DNA of 64,000 nt. Source: Minisyncoccia bacterium. Lineage in GTDB: Bacteria; Patescibacteriota; Minisyncoccia; Phycocordibacterales; UBA9973. The position numbers and the translations under genes were made by a program. Below the pieces are notes generated by a model. That model was not told where the DNA came from and ran no database searches. It worked only from the letters and a program-made list of their open reading frames with translations. This document shows, in pieces, positions 29,187-39,966 of this stretch. Positions within the stretch are counted from its first letter, which is position 1, and the number at the start of each line of letters is the position of its first letter. The stretch spans positions 22,354-86,353 of the forward strand of contig JBGSSJ010000010.1 in assembly GCA_041737125.1 (NCBI GenBank). Direction: 5' to 3'.

Positions 29187-30935
29187 TTACTCAGAAACCA
29201 CACGTAATACTTCTTCAGTCGAGGTACGACCAGAAACGGCTAGGAATATACCATCTTCGAGCATTGTCATCATGCCTTCTTTTTTGGCTACTTCTTCTAT
29301 TTCGTCAGCGGATGCCCCTTTCAAAATTAACTCTTTGATAGTCGGGGTCATTTTCATCACTTCATGTATACCAAGTCTACCTTTATAGCCAGTTTCTGAT
29401 TCTGCGCTTGTTTTTGGTCTATAGAAAGGAACTTGATCCCATGTAGAATCTAGAGCGACAACTTTCTCTTTCTTTAGAACTTCCAGCATGCGATCCATGT
29501 CTACTACTTTCTCGAGTGCTTTCATTTCTATATCATTTAGGAAATATTGCTCTTTATTCTCATCTAGAACTCTAACCAAACGCTGAGAGATGACTGTCTT
29601 CATTGTCGATACTATTAGGAATGGTTCGACACCCATATCTACCATACGAGGTATGGCACCGGCAGCTGAGTTCGTGTGGATTGTAGAGAGCACTAAGTGC
29701 CCAGTAAGTGAAGCATTCACTGCAAGGGATGCCGTCTCCCCATCACGAATCTCCCCCACCATTATTATATCTGGATCCTGACGAAGAAGAGTACGGAGGC
29801 CATTGGCAAAAGTAAGTCCTATCTCTGACTTTGTCTGTGTTTGATTTACGCGATTCATCTGATACTCGATAGGGTCTTCTACTGTAGAAATATTCACATC
29901 AGGAGTGTTTAGAATATCGAGCATAGTATATAAAGTAGTAGTCTTACCGGAACCTGTCGGACCTGCACAAAGTAGCATTCCGCTTCGCTGCTTCATACCA
30001 TCATGTATGCGCTCGAGTGCTTCCCCATGGAAGCCAAGGGTCTCAAGTGAGAAGCCTTTGGAATTCTCGCGTAAGATACGAATAACAGTCTTCTCTCCAA
30101 AATATGTAGGTAGTGTAGATACACGGAAAGAAACATTACCTTCATCATTCACAATTTTGAAACGTCCATCTTGTGGTAATCGCTTCTCGTCAAGCTTCAA
30201 ATTGGAAAGCACTTTAATACGAGCTACTATTCCAGGAGCAGTATCTTTCGGTAGAACCATGGCATCATGCAATATGCCGTCTATTCGATAACGAACGATT
30301 AGTGAAGCCTCGCCCGGCTCTATATGCACATCGGATGCACCTTGGAGGATGGCATGAGAAATAAGAGTATCTACAATTTTAACTATTGGCAAATCTTCTG
30401 CGAGCTCCTTAAGCTCCTCTTCGGACTTCTCTTCGCCATTATCTACTATTGTTTTAAGCGTAGAGCTTTCTTTCTTTATTATGTCTTGAAAATCTGCCTC
30501 CAAGCTCTTCTTATACTGCATCAATGCTTCCTTTATAGAGTCAGAACTCGTCATACGAGGAAGGATTTTGAGCCCGACCTTCTTCTTTATGAAGTCTATA
30601 ACTGAAAGGTTGTCTACATCAAGCATGGCAACCTCAAGTCCATCTTTACTCTTCTTATAGGCAATAATATTATTATTACGAGCAACTGGCTCGGGAATCA
30701 TAGAGAGTACGCTTGGATCTATCTTCTCACCCTTTAAACTTACAAATGGAATACCTAGTGACACTGCTTGCATACTATTCCAATCTTTCTCTGTAAGCTT
30801 CCCTTCAGTCATGAGAATATCCCCGATAGAAGTACCGGTCTCTCTTGATTTCTTGAGGGCCATAGCAACATCAGTCTTATTTACAAGACCTGATTTATTT
30901 AGTAGATCAACAATTGTTTTCTCATCAACATGCAT
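29187..30935 (-). CDS. pilB: Type IV pilus assembly ATPase PilB (GspE family)
   Basis: ASDVHIEP, RLPQDGR, GPTGSGKTTT, LRQDPD, TGHLVLST. Confidence 0.95.
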   Translation of the reverse strand: MHVDEKTIVDLLNKSGLVNKTDVAMALKKSRETGTSIGDILMTEGKLTEKDWNSMQAVSLGIPFVSLKGEKIDPSVLSMIPEPVARNNNIIAYKKSKDGLEVAMLDVDNLSVIDFIKKKVGLKILPRMTSSDSIKEALMQYKKSLEADFQDIIKKESSTLKTIVDNGEEKSEEELKELAEDLPIVKIVDTLISHAILQGASDVHIEPGEASLIVRYRIDGILHDAMVLPKDTAPGIVARIKVLSNLKLDEKRLPQDGRFKIVNDEGNVSFRVSTLPTYFGEKTVIRILRENSKGFSLETLGFHGEALERIHDGMKQRSGMLLCAGPTGSGKTTTLYTMLDILNTPDVNISTVEDPIEYQMNRVNQTQTKSEIGLTFANGLRTLLRQDPDIIMVGEIRDGETASLAVNASLTGHLVLSTIHTNSAAGAIPRMVDMGVEPFLIVSTMKTVISQRLVRVLDENKEQYFLNDIEMKALEKVVDMDRMLEVLKKEKVVALDSTWDQVPFYRPKTSAESETGYKGRLGIHEVMKMTPTIKELILKGASADEIEEVAKKEGMMTMLEDGIFLAVSGRTSTEEVLRVVSE

Positions 30936-30950
30936 GATGATATTATAACA

Positions 30951-31046
30951 TAATTACGAATTACTAATTAAGAATTACGAATCAAATACCACTTAGACTT
31001 AATTTAATGGGCTTAATTACTAATTATTCACTCGTAATTCGTAATT
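30951..31046. repeat. Heptamer tandem arrays (AATTACG)n in inverted arrangement
   Basis: AATTACG AATTACT AATTAAG AATTACG then CGTAATT CGTAATT. Confidence 0.75.
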
Positions 31047-31049
31047 GTC

Positions 31050-32792
31050 TTAAACTACTTCTTGTTGATAACACTTTTCACAGTAGATTATCTCAGGTCG
31101 TTCGGGTGCATAACTTGTCTCAAACTCTACTTTGCACTTCCCTTCGTGATTATGCCCTTCTTTTTCACATATACACACTCTGTGCCAGAGCTTGAGAGGA
31201 TTTCTCTTATTAAAACGAGCTTTGTGTCTGCACTGATAACAACGTCTAGGTATGGGGATATTAAATCTTCTATAGAAAGTTAGTTCATCTTTCGTTATTC
31301 TGTATGCTTTTGTGCATCGCTCTGACCCAAACACAGAATCACAAGCTATTACTTCATTTATAAAATCATCATTTATATCAATAATAGAATCTGGAATATC
31401 TTTATTATTGATAGTTATATTATAATTTTTACCTTCTATCCCTCTATATAAATAACCTTGGTTAATTGTTTCTTCTTCAGATAATGGATAGAAATCATTG
31501 GCAATTGTCTCATTATAAGCAAATGGAGAAAGTTCTATTGGGAAAAACTCACCATATCTATACACCCTACCCTTTTTATCTACATAAGGCATATCTATCA
31601 TGTGTTGCTTGATCTTAGGCAATAGTTCAAAATATTCTTCCTTTGTATATTGCCTATTTAAAATACAATACGATTTATTACGCAAGCCAATACAACCAAA
31701 AACATTTTTGCAGCTATAGCAGTTAAAAGAATAGTCTACCTCTGTAGAGGAATAAACAACACTAGAAAATCTACAGAAAGAACCACCCACCCCAGAGTCG
31801 TTCATTTCAAAACCATTTTCAAGCATCCCACTAGCATTGCAGTAATAACAATCAAATATATTTTTAGCTCCCCAAAAAAGATGTTTGCAGTTCTTTACAT
31901 TATCAAGTGCATCAAAAACATTATAACTATCTACTACATTACTTAAATTATCTCCTGTCACATTATTACATTTTATAATAGTAGCGTATCTATGGATTGT
32001 ATTTAATTTAAGTATTTCAAACTGTTTCTTTAACTCCTCTACTGTGGTATAGCTTCCTAGATTATATTGTGTTAATTTTTCAAAATACTCTTCTTTTGAA
32101 TACTGTACGTTTTCAAATACATAACTTTTATTTCTTAAATTTGATGACATGAAGCAGTTAACACATCCATGGCAATCATATAAGAAATATGAATCTGTTG
32201 AATTATTTGTCTTTTCACAGTAAAAAAGGTTAGAAGAATTATTACAATATACATCTTCATAACAAAATTCACCCTTTTGGACTATATATAAATCGAGAGA
32301 ATCTTTTATTTCTAAAATAGAATCAGAGTACATTGTTCTTTCATTTTTCCAACATGCGGAAATAAGATAGCAATCATAGCTTTCCTCAGCCACATTACAG
32401 TATTCACTGTTTACTGCTTTTGAATTAGAAAGTGCTTGAAATGGTATAGCATCTCTAAGTTCTTTCCATTGAATAAAAAAGTCTCTAGAGAAGTCAAAAT
32501 CTTTCCCATAATCAAATGGATCCCATGCATCACTCCACCAATACTTCTGATCCACAATATTCATCTTTACGTCTGGGTGATAAATTGAGATTATTTCATC
32601 CCCAGTTACAGAATCTTTCCTTTTATATAAGGAGTGTGTATTCCTCCATGCAAAACGACGCTGGTGTGAACACCCAGGACAAAATGTCGGTGGTGGAACT
32701 TGCATCTTTTCATAGAAAGAAAAATCCTCAGGTTCAATAGTGAAGTTCTCTTTGCAGTTCTGACATGTTCTTTTTTCTTCTTGGTATTCCAT
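31050..32792 (-). CDS. Cys-rich paralog 1 (zinc-ribbon termini, Cys-repeat core)
   Basis: CQNC..EDFSFYEKMQVPPPTFCPGC; CFGCxxLRNK-type repeats; YCEKCYQQEV. Confidence 0.85.
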   Translation of the reverse strand: MEYQEEKRTCQNCKENFTIEPEDFSFYEKMQVPPPTFCPGCSHQRRFAWRNTHSLYKRKDSVTGDEIISIYHPDVKMNIVDQKYWWSDAWDPFDYGKDFDFSRDFFIQWKELRDAIPFQALSNSKAVNSEYCNVAEESYDCYLISACWKNERTMYSDSILEIKDSLDLYIVQKGEFCYEDVYCNNSSNLFYCEKTNNSTDSYFLYDCHGCVNCFMSSNLRNKSYVFENVQYSKEEYFEKLTQYNLGSYTTVEELKKQFEILKLNTIHRYATIIKCNNVTGDNLSNVVDSYNVFDALDNVKNCKHLFWGAKNIFDCYYCNASGMLENGFEMNDSGVGGSFCRFSSVVYSSTEVDYSFNCYSCKNVFGCIGLRNKSYCILNRQYTKEEYFELLPKIKQHMIDMPYVDKKGRVYRYGEFFPIELSPFAYNETIANDFYPLSEEETINQGYLYRGIEGKNYNITINNKDIPDSIIDINDDFINEVIACDSVFGSERCTKAYRITKDELTFYRRFNIPIPRRCYQCRHKARFNKRNPLKLWHRVCICEKEGHNHEGKCKVEFETSYAPERPEIIYCEKCYQQEVV

Positions 32793-32816
32793 TCGTAATT
32801 ATTAATTCGTAATTTT

Positions 32817-34535
32817 TTAAATCACTTCTTGTTGATAACACTTCTCACAATATACTATCTCGGGTCTTTCGGGTGCAAAGCTCGTTTCGAATTCATTATT
32901 ACACCCTTCTTTCATACACGAACGGTGCCAAAGCTTCATAGGATTTTTAAGATTTATCCTTTCTATATATCTACAATTATGACACATATCAGGGGCTGGT
33001 ATGCCTAGCGACTTATAAATATTAAATTCATCGGGTAGCACTCGGAACGCAGTCGTACAATTATGGTTACACTCACCCCTATGCTTGCATTCGATAATAC
33101 CATGGATAATCTCTTCATCAGCAAAAGAATTATTATGTAAATCCTCTGCTGTAATAGTTATGCTGTATGACTTTTCTTCTTTATCTTTCCATGAATAACC
33201 AGAAGCAAGTGCAGACTCTTTATCGAGTGGATAATAATCTTGTAGAGGCGTCTCGTTGTAAGAAAATATAGAAAGCTCTGAGGGAAAGAAATCGCCATAC
33301 TTATAAACCCTACCTATCTTATCGACATACGGTAACTCATTCATATGACTTTTGATCTTTTCTATCATTTTAGAATATTCTTCCTTTTCGTATTGTTTAT
33401 TTAGAATGCAATACTTTTTATTACGTAATGAAATGGAACCGAAAGAATCACTCGTGGTATAGCAATTATCACAATACCATAGGTCGAAACAACTAGAATA
33501 ACAGAAGCATGAGAGATATATTTTGCTTGATTCTATCGGTGACATCGTATGGTAGCAAAGCTCACTAGATGGGTAACTATGAGAAAGGTCCATAGAATCT
33601 TTCGCTCCATTGCAGACGAAACCATACTTTGTATTCTCAGAATCAACAGCAGCATAGACTTCTTTGCAATTCCTAGAGTTTATAATACTATCCCCTGTGC
33701 AATTATCTGTGTTCTCTAGAATTGCGTATTTATTTATAGTTTTCTTTTTTAGATTTTCAAAAATTTCTTTACATGCATACAAACCACTAAAAGTAGATAA
33801 TTGTAAATCTTCTTTTATTTTAAAATAATCTTCCCTTGTGTATTGCTCATTGAAGATACAGTAATTCTTATTCCGGAGATTGGTACACCCGATGCAGTTC
33901 GAGCAGTTACGACAATTATATAAAAAGCTTGAGTCCAAACAACTATCACAATTCTGAGAGAAGCTAACCTTATAACAAGATTCACAATCAACAAGCATAT
34001 ATGACCACTCGGAGAACCTGGTCATCGAGCAAGATGAGCAATTCTTGTCCCTTGTACATTGTGGCCCCATGAAATAGCAATCTTCTGACTCTCCAATACT
34101 AAATGATAGATAAATATTTTTCACATTGGCTGCATGATTAGTGTACTCACTATTCACCTTATTGGAACCTATGAGATTAATGCGTGGAGCCTTGCTCGAT
34201 AACTCTTTCCACTGTTCGAAGAATGGACGAGTGAAATCATAATCCTGTCCATAATCCGCAGGATCCCAGCCATCGCCATAGAAGCAGTCTTTGCAGAAAA
34301 CTTTAAAAGTATTCCCTGTATGATACATGGAAATTATATTTGTATTACAAAGGTCGCAATTCCTTTTATACAAAGACATGTTGTTCCGGAAAGCGTACCT
34401 TAGCTTAAACCTACACTCCGGACAAAATGTCGGAGCAGGAACCTTTATCTTTTCATAGAAAGAAAAGTCCTCAGGTTCTATAGTGAAGTATATTTTACAG
34501 TTCTGACATATTTTGTTTTCCGTTTGATTAGTCAT
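32817..34535 (-). CDS. Cys-rich paralog 2
   Basis: Same N- and C-terminal motifs as paralog 1. Confidence 0.85.
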   Translation of the reverse strand: MTNQTENKICQNCKIYFTIEPEDFSFYEKIKVPAPTFCPECRFKLRYAFRNNMSLYKRNCDLCNTNIISMYHTGNTFKVFCKDCFYGDGWDPADYGQDYDFTRPFFEQWKELSSKAPRINLIGSNKVNSEYTNHAANVKNIYLSFSIGESEDCYFMGPQCTRDKNCSSCSMTRFSEWSYMLVDCESCYKVSFSQNCDSCLDSSFLYNCRNCSNCIGCTNLRNKNYCIFNEQYTREDYFKIKEDLQLSTFSGLYACKEIFENLKKKTINKYAILENTDNCTGDSIINSRNCKEVYAAVDSENTKYGFVCNGAKDSMDLSHSYPSSELCYHTMSPIESSKIYLSCFCYSSCFDLWYCDNCYTTSDSFGSISLRNKKYCILNKQYEKEEYSKMIEKIKSHMNELPYVDKIGRVYKYGDFFPSELSIFSYNETPLQDYYPLDKESALASGYSWKDKEEKSYSITITAEDLHNNSFADEEIIHGIIECKHRGECNHNCTTAFRVLPDEFNIYKSLGIPAPDMCHNCRYIERINLKNPMKLWHRSCMKEGCNNEFETSFAPERPEIVYCEKCYQQEVI

Positions 34536-34572
34536 TTTTTATCTACTTTACTTAACTAAAGTCAACAATAAT

Positions 34573-36321
34573 CTATATAACTTCTTGTTGATAACACTTC
34601 TCACAATATACTATCTCAGACCTTTCTGGTGCATAAGTAGTCTCGAATTCTACTTGGCACTTTCCTTCATGATTATGACCTTCTTTATCACACATACAAA
34701 TACGATGCCAGAGCTTCATAGGATTCCTTTGCCTCAAACGAAGTTCGTGGCGACAATTAGGACAGTACTTGGGTAATGACAAATTCATCTGTTTGTAAAA
34801 AGCGAGCTCTTCTGGAAGAATTCTAAACGCAGTAGTACAAGTACTAGAAATATGTGCACACTCAATTATTTCACCTAGAATTGAATTGTCTACTTTTTTA
34901 ATATCTCTCTCTATATCTTTATTAAATATTGTAATTTTATATTCTTTATTTTCTTTTTCACGCCAGAGAAATCCTTCAGCCAATGCTTCTTCTTTATCTA
35001 TTGGAAAGATTTCTTGAACAATTGATTCGTTATAATTAAAAGGAGAAAATTCTATAGGAAAAAATTCTCCGTACTTATACTCAAGACCACGAGGAGTTAT
35101 GTACGGCATGGCGTTCATATGCTCAATAATCTTATTTCTTAATTTTATATATTCATCTTTTGAATATTGTTTATTAAATATACAATATTCTTTATTCCGA
35201 AGACCAATACAACCAAAAAGATTATTCGAACCGACACAATAATGGCAATACTCAAGAAAACGACCTTCTGGGAAACAACCATTTGAAAAAAGTACACGAT
35301 TAAGATTTGTACCGCTTTTAATTGTTTCATATACTTCGATCGCATTCTCACCATAGAATGAGTAATCATAACAATCTTTTACTGGACCAATGTAGCAAAG
35401 AAAACAATTCTTGGAATCCTCAACTCCATCTGATTGATAGATTGTCTTTGAATTTTTTGAATGGAGGACATAATCTCCAGTCACTTCAATATTTTGCTTA
35501 CCATGCATATATTTTTGAGGAAATTGAAGTGAGCTTTCTTTAATTTTTTGTTTTACGGCTTCTATGTCATTTAAGGCTTCAAGTAGAAGCTCATTTATCT
35601 TTTGCTCATAATCTTCTTTTAAATATTGTTCATTGTAAATACAATATTGTTTCTTTCGTAAATTAGTACAACCAAAACAATTCGAACAACCAACTAAATT
35701 TTTAGAAAAATAGATATCATATGAATCTTCGCTATCTATAGAGTAGAAAGCTCGGTAGCACTTCCTTATATTCACACATTCAAAGCAATGCTCACTTTTA
35801 TGTGTCATATAACAATCGAAACAATTTTTAATAAAAGAAACAGTATCGCAATAGTATGAATCTTCAACGACGTCTGCGTAGAAAACTAAATACGCATTCT
35901 TTAGTCGCCCTGCTCCATTACAATAAGGACTATTTATCATAGTGGGCTCTTCTACTCCGAGCGCCATCCAGGGTACTGTCTGAAGCATTTCTTTCATTTG
36001 TTCAAAAATTGGCCTGGAGAAATCAACATCTCGAGCATACATAAATGCATCCCACTCGTCACTCCACCAACATTTATTACAATAAACAGTAATTTGCTCG
36101 TCTGGATGGTACATAGTAAAAGCCTCTTTATTGCACAATCCACAAACTCGCTTATAGAGAGCACGTTTATTGTAGTGATAGAGCCGTCTCTTTAATCTAC
36201 ACTCCGGGCAAAATGTCGGTGGAGGAACTTTTATCTTTTCATAGAAAGAAAAGTCCTCAGGCTCAATAGTGAAGTTCTCTTTACAGTTCTGACACGCTCT
36301 ATTTTCTGTTTGATATTCCAT
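34573..36321 (-). CDS. Cys-rich paralog 3
   Basis: Same N- and C-terminal motifs as paralog 1. Confidence 0.85.
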   Translation of the reverse strand: MEYQTENRACQNCKENFTIEPEDFSFYEKIKVPPPTFCPECRLKRRLYHYNKRALYKRVCGLCNKEAFTMYHPDEQITVYCNKCWWSDEWDAFMYARDVDFSRPIFEQMKEMLQTVPWMALGVEEPTMINSPYCNGAGRLKNAYLVFYADVVEDSYYCDTVSFIKNCFDCYMTHKSEHCFECVNIRKCYRAFYSIDSEDSYDIYFSKNLVGCSNCFGCTNLRKKQYCIYNEQYLKEDYEQKINELLLEALNDIEAVKQKIKESSLQFPQKYMHGKQNIEVTGDYVLHSKNSKTIYQSDGVEDSKNCFLCYIGPVKDCYDYSFYGENAIEVYETIKSGTNLNRVLFSNGCFPEGRFLEYCHYCVGSNNLFGCIGLRNKEYCIFNKQYSKDEYIKLRNKIIEHMNAMPYITPRGLEYKYGEFFPIEFSPFNYNESIVQEIFPIDKEEALAEGFLWREKENKEYKITIFNKDIERDIKKVDNSILGEIIECAHISSTCTTAFRILPEELAFYKQMNLSLPKYCPNCRHELRLRQRNPMKLWHRICMCDKEGHNHEGKCQVEFETTYAPERSEIVYCEKCYQQEVI

Positions 36322-36327
36322 TCTTTA

Positions 36328-36756
36328 TTACTTCAACTTACCATAATGATAACCGTCGTCTTCCTCTATCTCATCATTATGTTTCTTCTCTTCTGCTGAA
36401 ATATAGCCTTTTTTATTACTTAAAGTGTTCTCTACCCAAAATGTATAAGTTGGGTTCATCATGGCTGTATCGAGTCTTGTAATCATAGGAGCAGAATATG
36501 AGTGAATATGGCTTATAAATTTAATAAGCTCATCACTACGTACCTTTTGGGTGGTTAGCATAAGCATATATTGCTCTGTATCTTGGATAACACCATGCCA
36601 TGGATAAACTGAGCCTATAACCCAATAATCTGCAGATATTGCAAGCTTTTTCTCTATAACTGCAAGACCAATAGCCCGTGCCTCATCAGCACTTTCACAA
36701 GTAGTATAGACGAAAACAATTTCTTTTGAGCCTGTTGTTACTTCTTCTACTATCAT
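36328..36756 (-). CDS. cutA: CutA divalent-cation tolerance family protein
   Basis: VYTTC..DEARAI..IEKKLA, SVYPW.G, HSYSAP. Confidence 0.8.
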   Translation of the reverse strand: MIVEEVTTGSKEIVFVYTTCESADEARAIGLAVIEKKLAISADYWVIGSVYPWHGVIQDTEQYMLMLTTQKVRSDELIKFISHIHSYSAPMITRLDTAMMNPTYTFWVENTLSNKKGYISAEEKKHNDEIEEDDGYHYGKLK

Positions 36757-36798
36757 ACTAATATGATAGTAATTATTATTTATATTAGCAAGAGGGAT

Positions 36799-37344
36799 CT
36801 AGTTGCGTGACATGTACTTGTAATTCACCAATAGTAGGATAGTGAATAGAGCAGTTGTCAGAGCCATAAGTGGCATAGTTATATAACCGAATTCATGCAC
36901 AAATACAGCAGCACAAGATACAACTCCTGGTCCGCCAGTCGCACAAGCAAGTGATGATGCTCCACCATTCTCTACGTAAATGTGGAATATAGACACGAGA
37001 GAATTTAGAACCGCAAGTACTATGGATTGATCAACGATTGCCCTGTCCCTCTTATATAACTCCATACCGAAAAGGATGACTTGAGGATATATGAATATGC
37101 GACTTATCCAACAAAGTTCACAAGGTGGGAACCCTACGACATTGGAATAGAATAGGCTTAGCAATGTAGCAGAGAGTGCAGTAATAAATCCAAAAATGAA
37201 AGTATACTTCTTAAAGAAGAGTAATAATGGATTCGTATGTGAACGGAAGAATAGTAGATTTAGAAGTAATCCAACTACAACAATCTGAAGGAATATCGTT
37301 CCCAGTGCAAGTATTTGATTAAGCGTTGTTACGTATGCAGGCAT
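36799..37344 (-). CDS. dsbB: Disulfide bond formation protein B (DsbB/BdbC)
   Basis: PCELCW..RIFIYP, second Cys pair, FGYITMPLMAL. Confidence 0.88.
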   Translation of the reverse strand: MPAYVTTLNQILALGTIFLQIVVVGLLLNLLFFRSHTNPLLLFFKKYTFIFGFITALSATLLSLFYSNVVGFPPCELCWISRIFIYPQVILFGMELYKRDRAIVDQSIVLAVLNSLVSIFHIYVENGGASSLACATGGPGVVSCAAVFVHEFGYITMPLMALTTALFTILLLVNYKYMSRN

Positions 37345-37345
37345 A

Positions 37346-37906
37346 TTATTGTGGAAGTGTGTAGCCTATTTGCTGTGCTAGGAATTCTAGTGATGTCTCA
37401 CCTGTGACACTAGAGCCTGATTCGAATTTCCATACTCCATCTTTCACCACAGGGTCGGTTAGACTTTTCACAGAGAAGGGATATCCTGGGAACCTCCAAG
37501 TCTTATAGAATTCTGATCCTATTTGAGCACATATTGGGTCTTCACCCTCTTTACCTGGCTTGATAGAACAAGTAACAGGTTCTGTACTTGAAGCTATGGT
37601 TATGCCGTTTGCGAATTTCCACGTAGGGAAGCTCTCAATCTTCTCATCTACGCATATTTGGACTGGCGATCTATTTGGATTTGAACATTCTACATATGGT
37701 AAATACTTCTTTGAACTACCGAATAATGCCTTCTCAGCTATGCAATGCGGACACCAGAATGCTCCATAGAATACTGCACCATTACTCTTAAGTGCCTTTG
37801 CAAAATCATCGTATTTACCAGGCTTCTGATTCTTATTCATAAAGACCCCAAGTCCAATAACGAATAATATAATAATAACTATAAATAAGATAAATTTAGT
37901 TTTCAT
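37346..37906 (-). CDS. Membrane-anchored thioredoxin-like protein (CPHC)
   Basis: FYGAFWCPHC..K.LFG..KYLPYVEC, FPTW; start at 37906 after TGgTATAAT. Confidence 0.85.
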   Translation of the reverse strand: MKTKFILFIVIIILFVIGLGVFMNKNQKPGKYDDFAKALKSNGAVFYGAFWCPHCIAEKALFGSSKKYLPYVECSNPNRSPVQICVDEKIESFPTWKFANGITIASSTEPVTCSIKPGKEGEDPICAQIGSEFYKTWRFPGYPFSVKSLTDPVVKDGVWKFESGSSVTGETSLEFLAQQIGYTLPQ

Positions 37907-37913
37907 AATGTGA

Positions 37914-39956
37914 TTATACCAAAAAGCCAAGCTTTAACCAAAGTGACACAAATGGTGAAAGTATCAGGTTCCATATGACCTTTAGTATTTCTAATAATTT
38001 ATTAGTATCAGGTACGACATCACCTGCATTTGCTGTTAATATATTAATATCTTGTTCTTCCATTTCTTCTGGTTGTGTTTCTACTATAGCGACTTTATTT
38101 TCTATAATTTTCTTTATTGACTTTGGTGCTACTATTTCTTCTACTTCTGGTTTTTCAACTTCTGTAGCTAGAACAATAATGTCTTTCATTTCTTCCTTTA
38201 TGGGTTCTACTTTATCACTGCCTCCTTCCTCTTCTTTTTCTTCTCCTTCTTTGTCGAAGGATGACATTATGTCATTCCAAGATAGATGTAGTGCTCCCGG
38301 GATAGCATAAGATGTTGCCCAAATACGGTTATTTATATTATCTGTAACTTGTTCCATGCCTCCATCTGTCTGCTGGGCGAGAGCCATATAACTATCCCCT
38401 TTTGCGACTTCAGCATTCAATGAATAATTGGCAGATAGTGCTTGAAGTGCCCAGCTTGTACCATATGAGTTACCGAAGGATCCATCACTACCCTGCTTCC
38501 CCACTAGATAATTCTCTGCTTTTGTTATAGCATCTTCTAATCCGGACATATTTTTAAAATTCCGTAATGCCATAATCCCTGCTGAAGTAGTATCCATATT
38601 CTCCCAAGACCCATCATTTGATTGCTTAGAAATTAAATAAGAAATACTTTTCTCTATAATTTCATCATTTTTACTGTAGCCTGCATTTTTAAGAACTATT
38701 AATGCAAAAATGTCATCGTTGATAATAGATGTATCTCCAAACTGATTCCCATCAAAAGATGAAATTATTTTCTCTATGTAATTTATACTTGTTCCGTTGT
38801 AAGGATTAATATCAAGAGCCATCATCGCCATAGCATGACGTTCATTATCAGTAAGCATAGTAGAATTCATCGGGTTATTCTTCATATACTCTGCCACTCT
38901 CTCTTTTGCACTATTTGCCCTGTTACCGGCACTAGATAATGCTATCGCCACCCAATCTGTATAAAGCGCGTCGCCGAACGATCCATCAGTATTCTGTTTA
39001 CTAATTAAATACGAAAGTGCGTTATCTACGGAGAAAGTTTTCGTAGTTGATCCACCACCTCCACCAGAAGAAGGTGCACTTACAGTGACTTCATACGAAG
39101 GAAAATAATAATCTTCTGATATGCCGACGTTATAAGTACCCGCTTCTACAAATGTGAGAGTTGCCTCCCCGTTATCATTCACGGGGTGAGTAGACACTAT
39201 TATAGGATTCCATGCATTATCCGGATTTGTTTTTGTAATACCTACACTTACACCAGTACGAGTAATCCAAGTATTATCCGTATAATTATATGATTGTGCT
39301 TTTGCTATTATGCTCTCGCTTATATTAATAGTATTACTGCTAAGCTCAATACGATATGGGTTACCGAAATAAAGATTAATAAATTCCCCACCAGTAAGCA
39401 TTGTCGTATCGATACTAGTCCATGGACTAAAGCCCCCAACTACATACTGCCAGCTATCACAAAGTGGTTCCATTTCCCCAACAGTAATACACTTTAAATA
39501 AAAAGAGGAGAAAGAATCGTAATATTGTAAATTCGATATTGTAAATGCATCACTTGCTTGATCTAAATTATATAGAACTCCGAGCACACTCCTTGCATTT
39601 ACTTGATGTAGATTACCATTACTATCCACTATCTCTATCATTCCCTCCTCTGGTAAATCTATATCACCACTATATATTACAGTATCACCACTGCGCATAA
39701 AAAAACTTTCCTTTAAGGTTATCTCTTCTTCCTCTATAATTTCCTCCTCGTCTTCTTCTATAATTTCTTCTATTTCATCTTCAACAACTTCTTCTTCTGG
39801 AGTAACTATTTCATCTTGGGCATCTTCTTCTGTTATAGGTTCACTGACAATTACCATTTGCTCCTCTACAGCAAATTCTTCAGCAGAAATATTAAAGGTG
39901 GGTACGAATATTATAAACGTTAGAACTATTGATAATAAGACTTTGTACTTTTTCAT
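37914..39956 (-). CDS. Secreted protein: DUF4430-like domain + Ig-like domain + prenyltransferase/squalene-cyclase-type alpha/alpha barrel
   Basis: Signal peptide; FYLKCI..DSWQYVV DUF4430-like segment; repeated YL.SKQ..DGSF/W barrel motifs; C-terminal hydrophobic anchor. Confidence 0.8.
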   Translation of the reverse strand: MKKYKVLLSIVLTFIIFVPTFNISAEEFAVEEQMVIVSEPITEEDAQDEIVTPEEEVVEDEIEEIIEEDEEEIIEEEEITLKESFFMRSGDTVIYSGDIDLPEEGMIEIVDSNGNLHQVNARSVLGVLYNLDQASDAFTISNLQYYDSFSSFYLKCITVGEMEPLCDSWQYVVGGFSPWTSIDTTMLTGGEFINLYFGNPYRIELSSNTINISESIIAKAQSYNYTDNTWITRTGVSVGITKTNPDNAWNPIIVSTHPVNDNGEATLTFVEAGTYNVGISEDYYFPSYEVTVSAPSSGGGGGSTTKTFSVDNALSYLISKQNTDGSFGDALYTDWVAIALSSAGNRANSAKERVAEYMKNNPMNSTMLTDNERHAMAMMALDINPYNGTSINYIEKIISSFDGNQFGDTSIINDDIFALIVLKNAGYSKNDEIIEKSISYLISKQSNDGSWENMDTTSAGIMALRNFKNMSGLEDAITKAENYLVGKQGSDGSFGNSYGTSWALQALSANYSLNAEVAKGDSYMALAQQTDGGMEQVTDNINNRIWATSYAIPGALHLSWNDIMSSFDKEGEEKEEEGGSDKVEPIKEEMKDIIVLATEVEKPEVEEIVAPKSIKKIIENKVAIVETQPEEMEEQDINILTANAGDVVPDTNKLLEILKVIWNLILSPFVSLWLKLGFLV

Positions 39957-39966
39957 AGATTTATTA

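Noticed and set aside
30951-31046. Possible CRISPR array
   Set aside because: Only 7-nt tandem units, no spacers and no cas genes in the window
37914-39956. Squalene-hopene cyclase or prenyltransferase enzyme
   Set aside because: Secreted, has a single barrel with DUF4430 and Ig-like domains and sits under B12 control; a binding role fits better, though not proven
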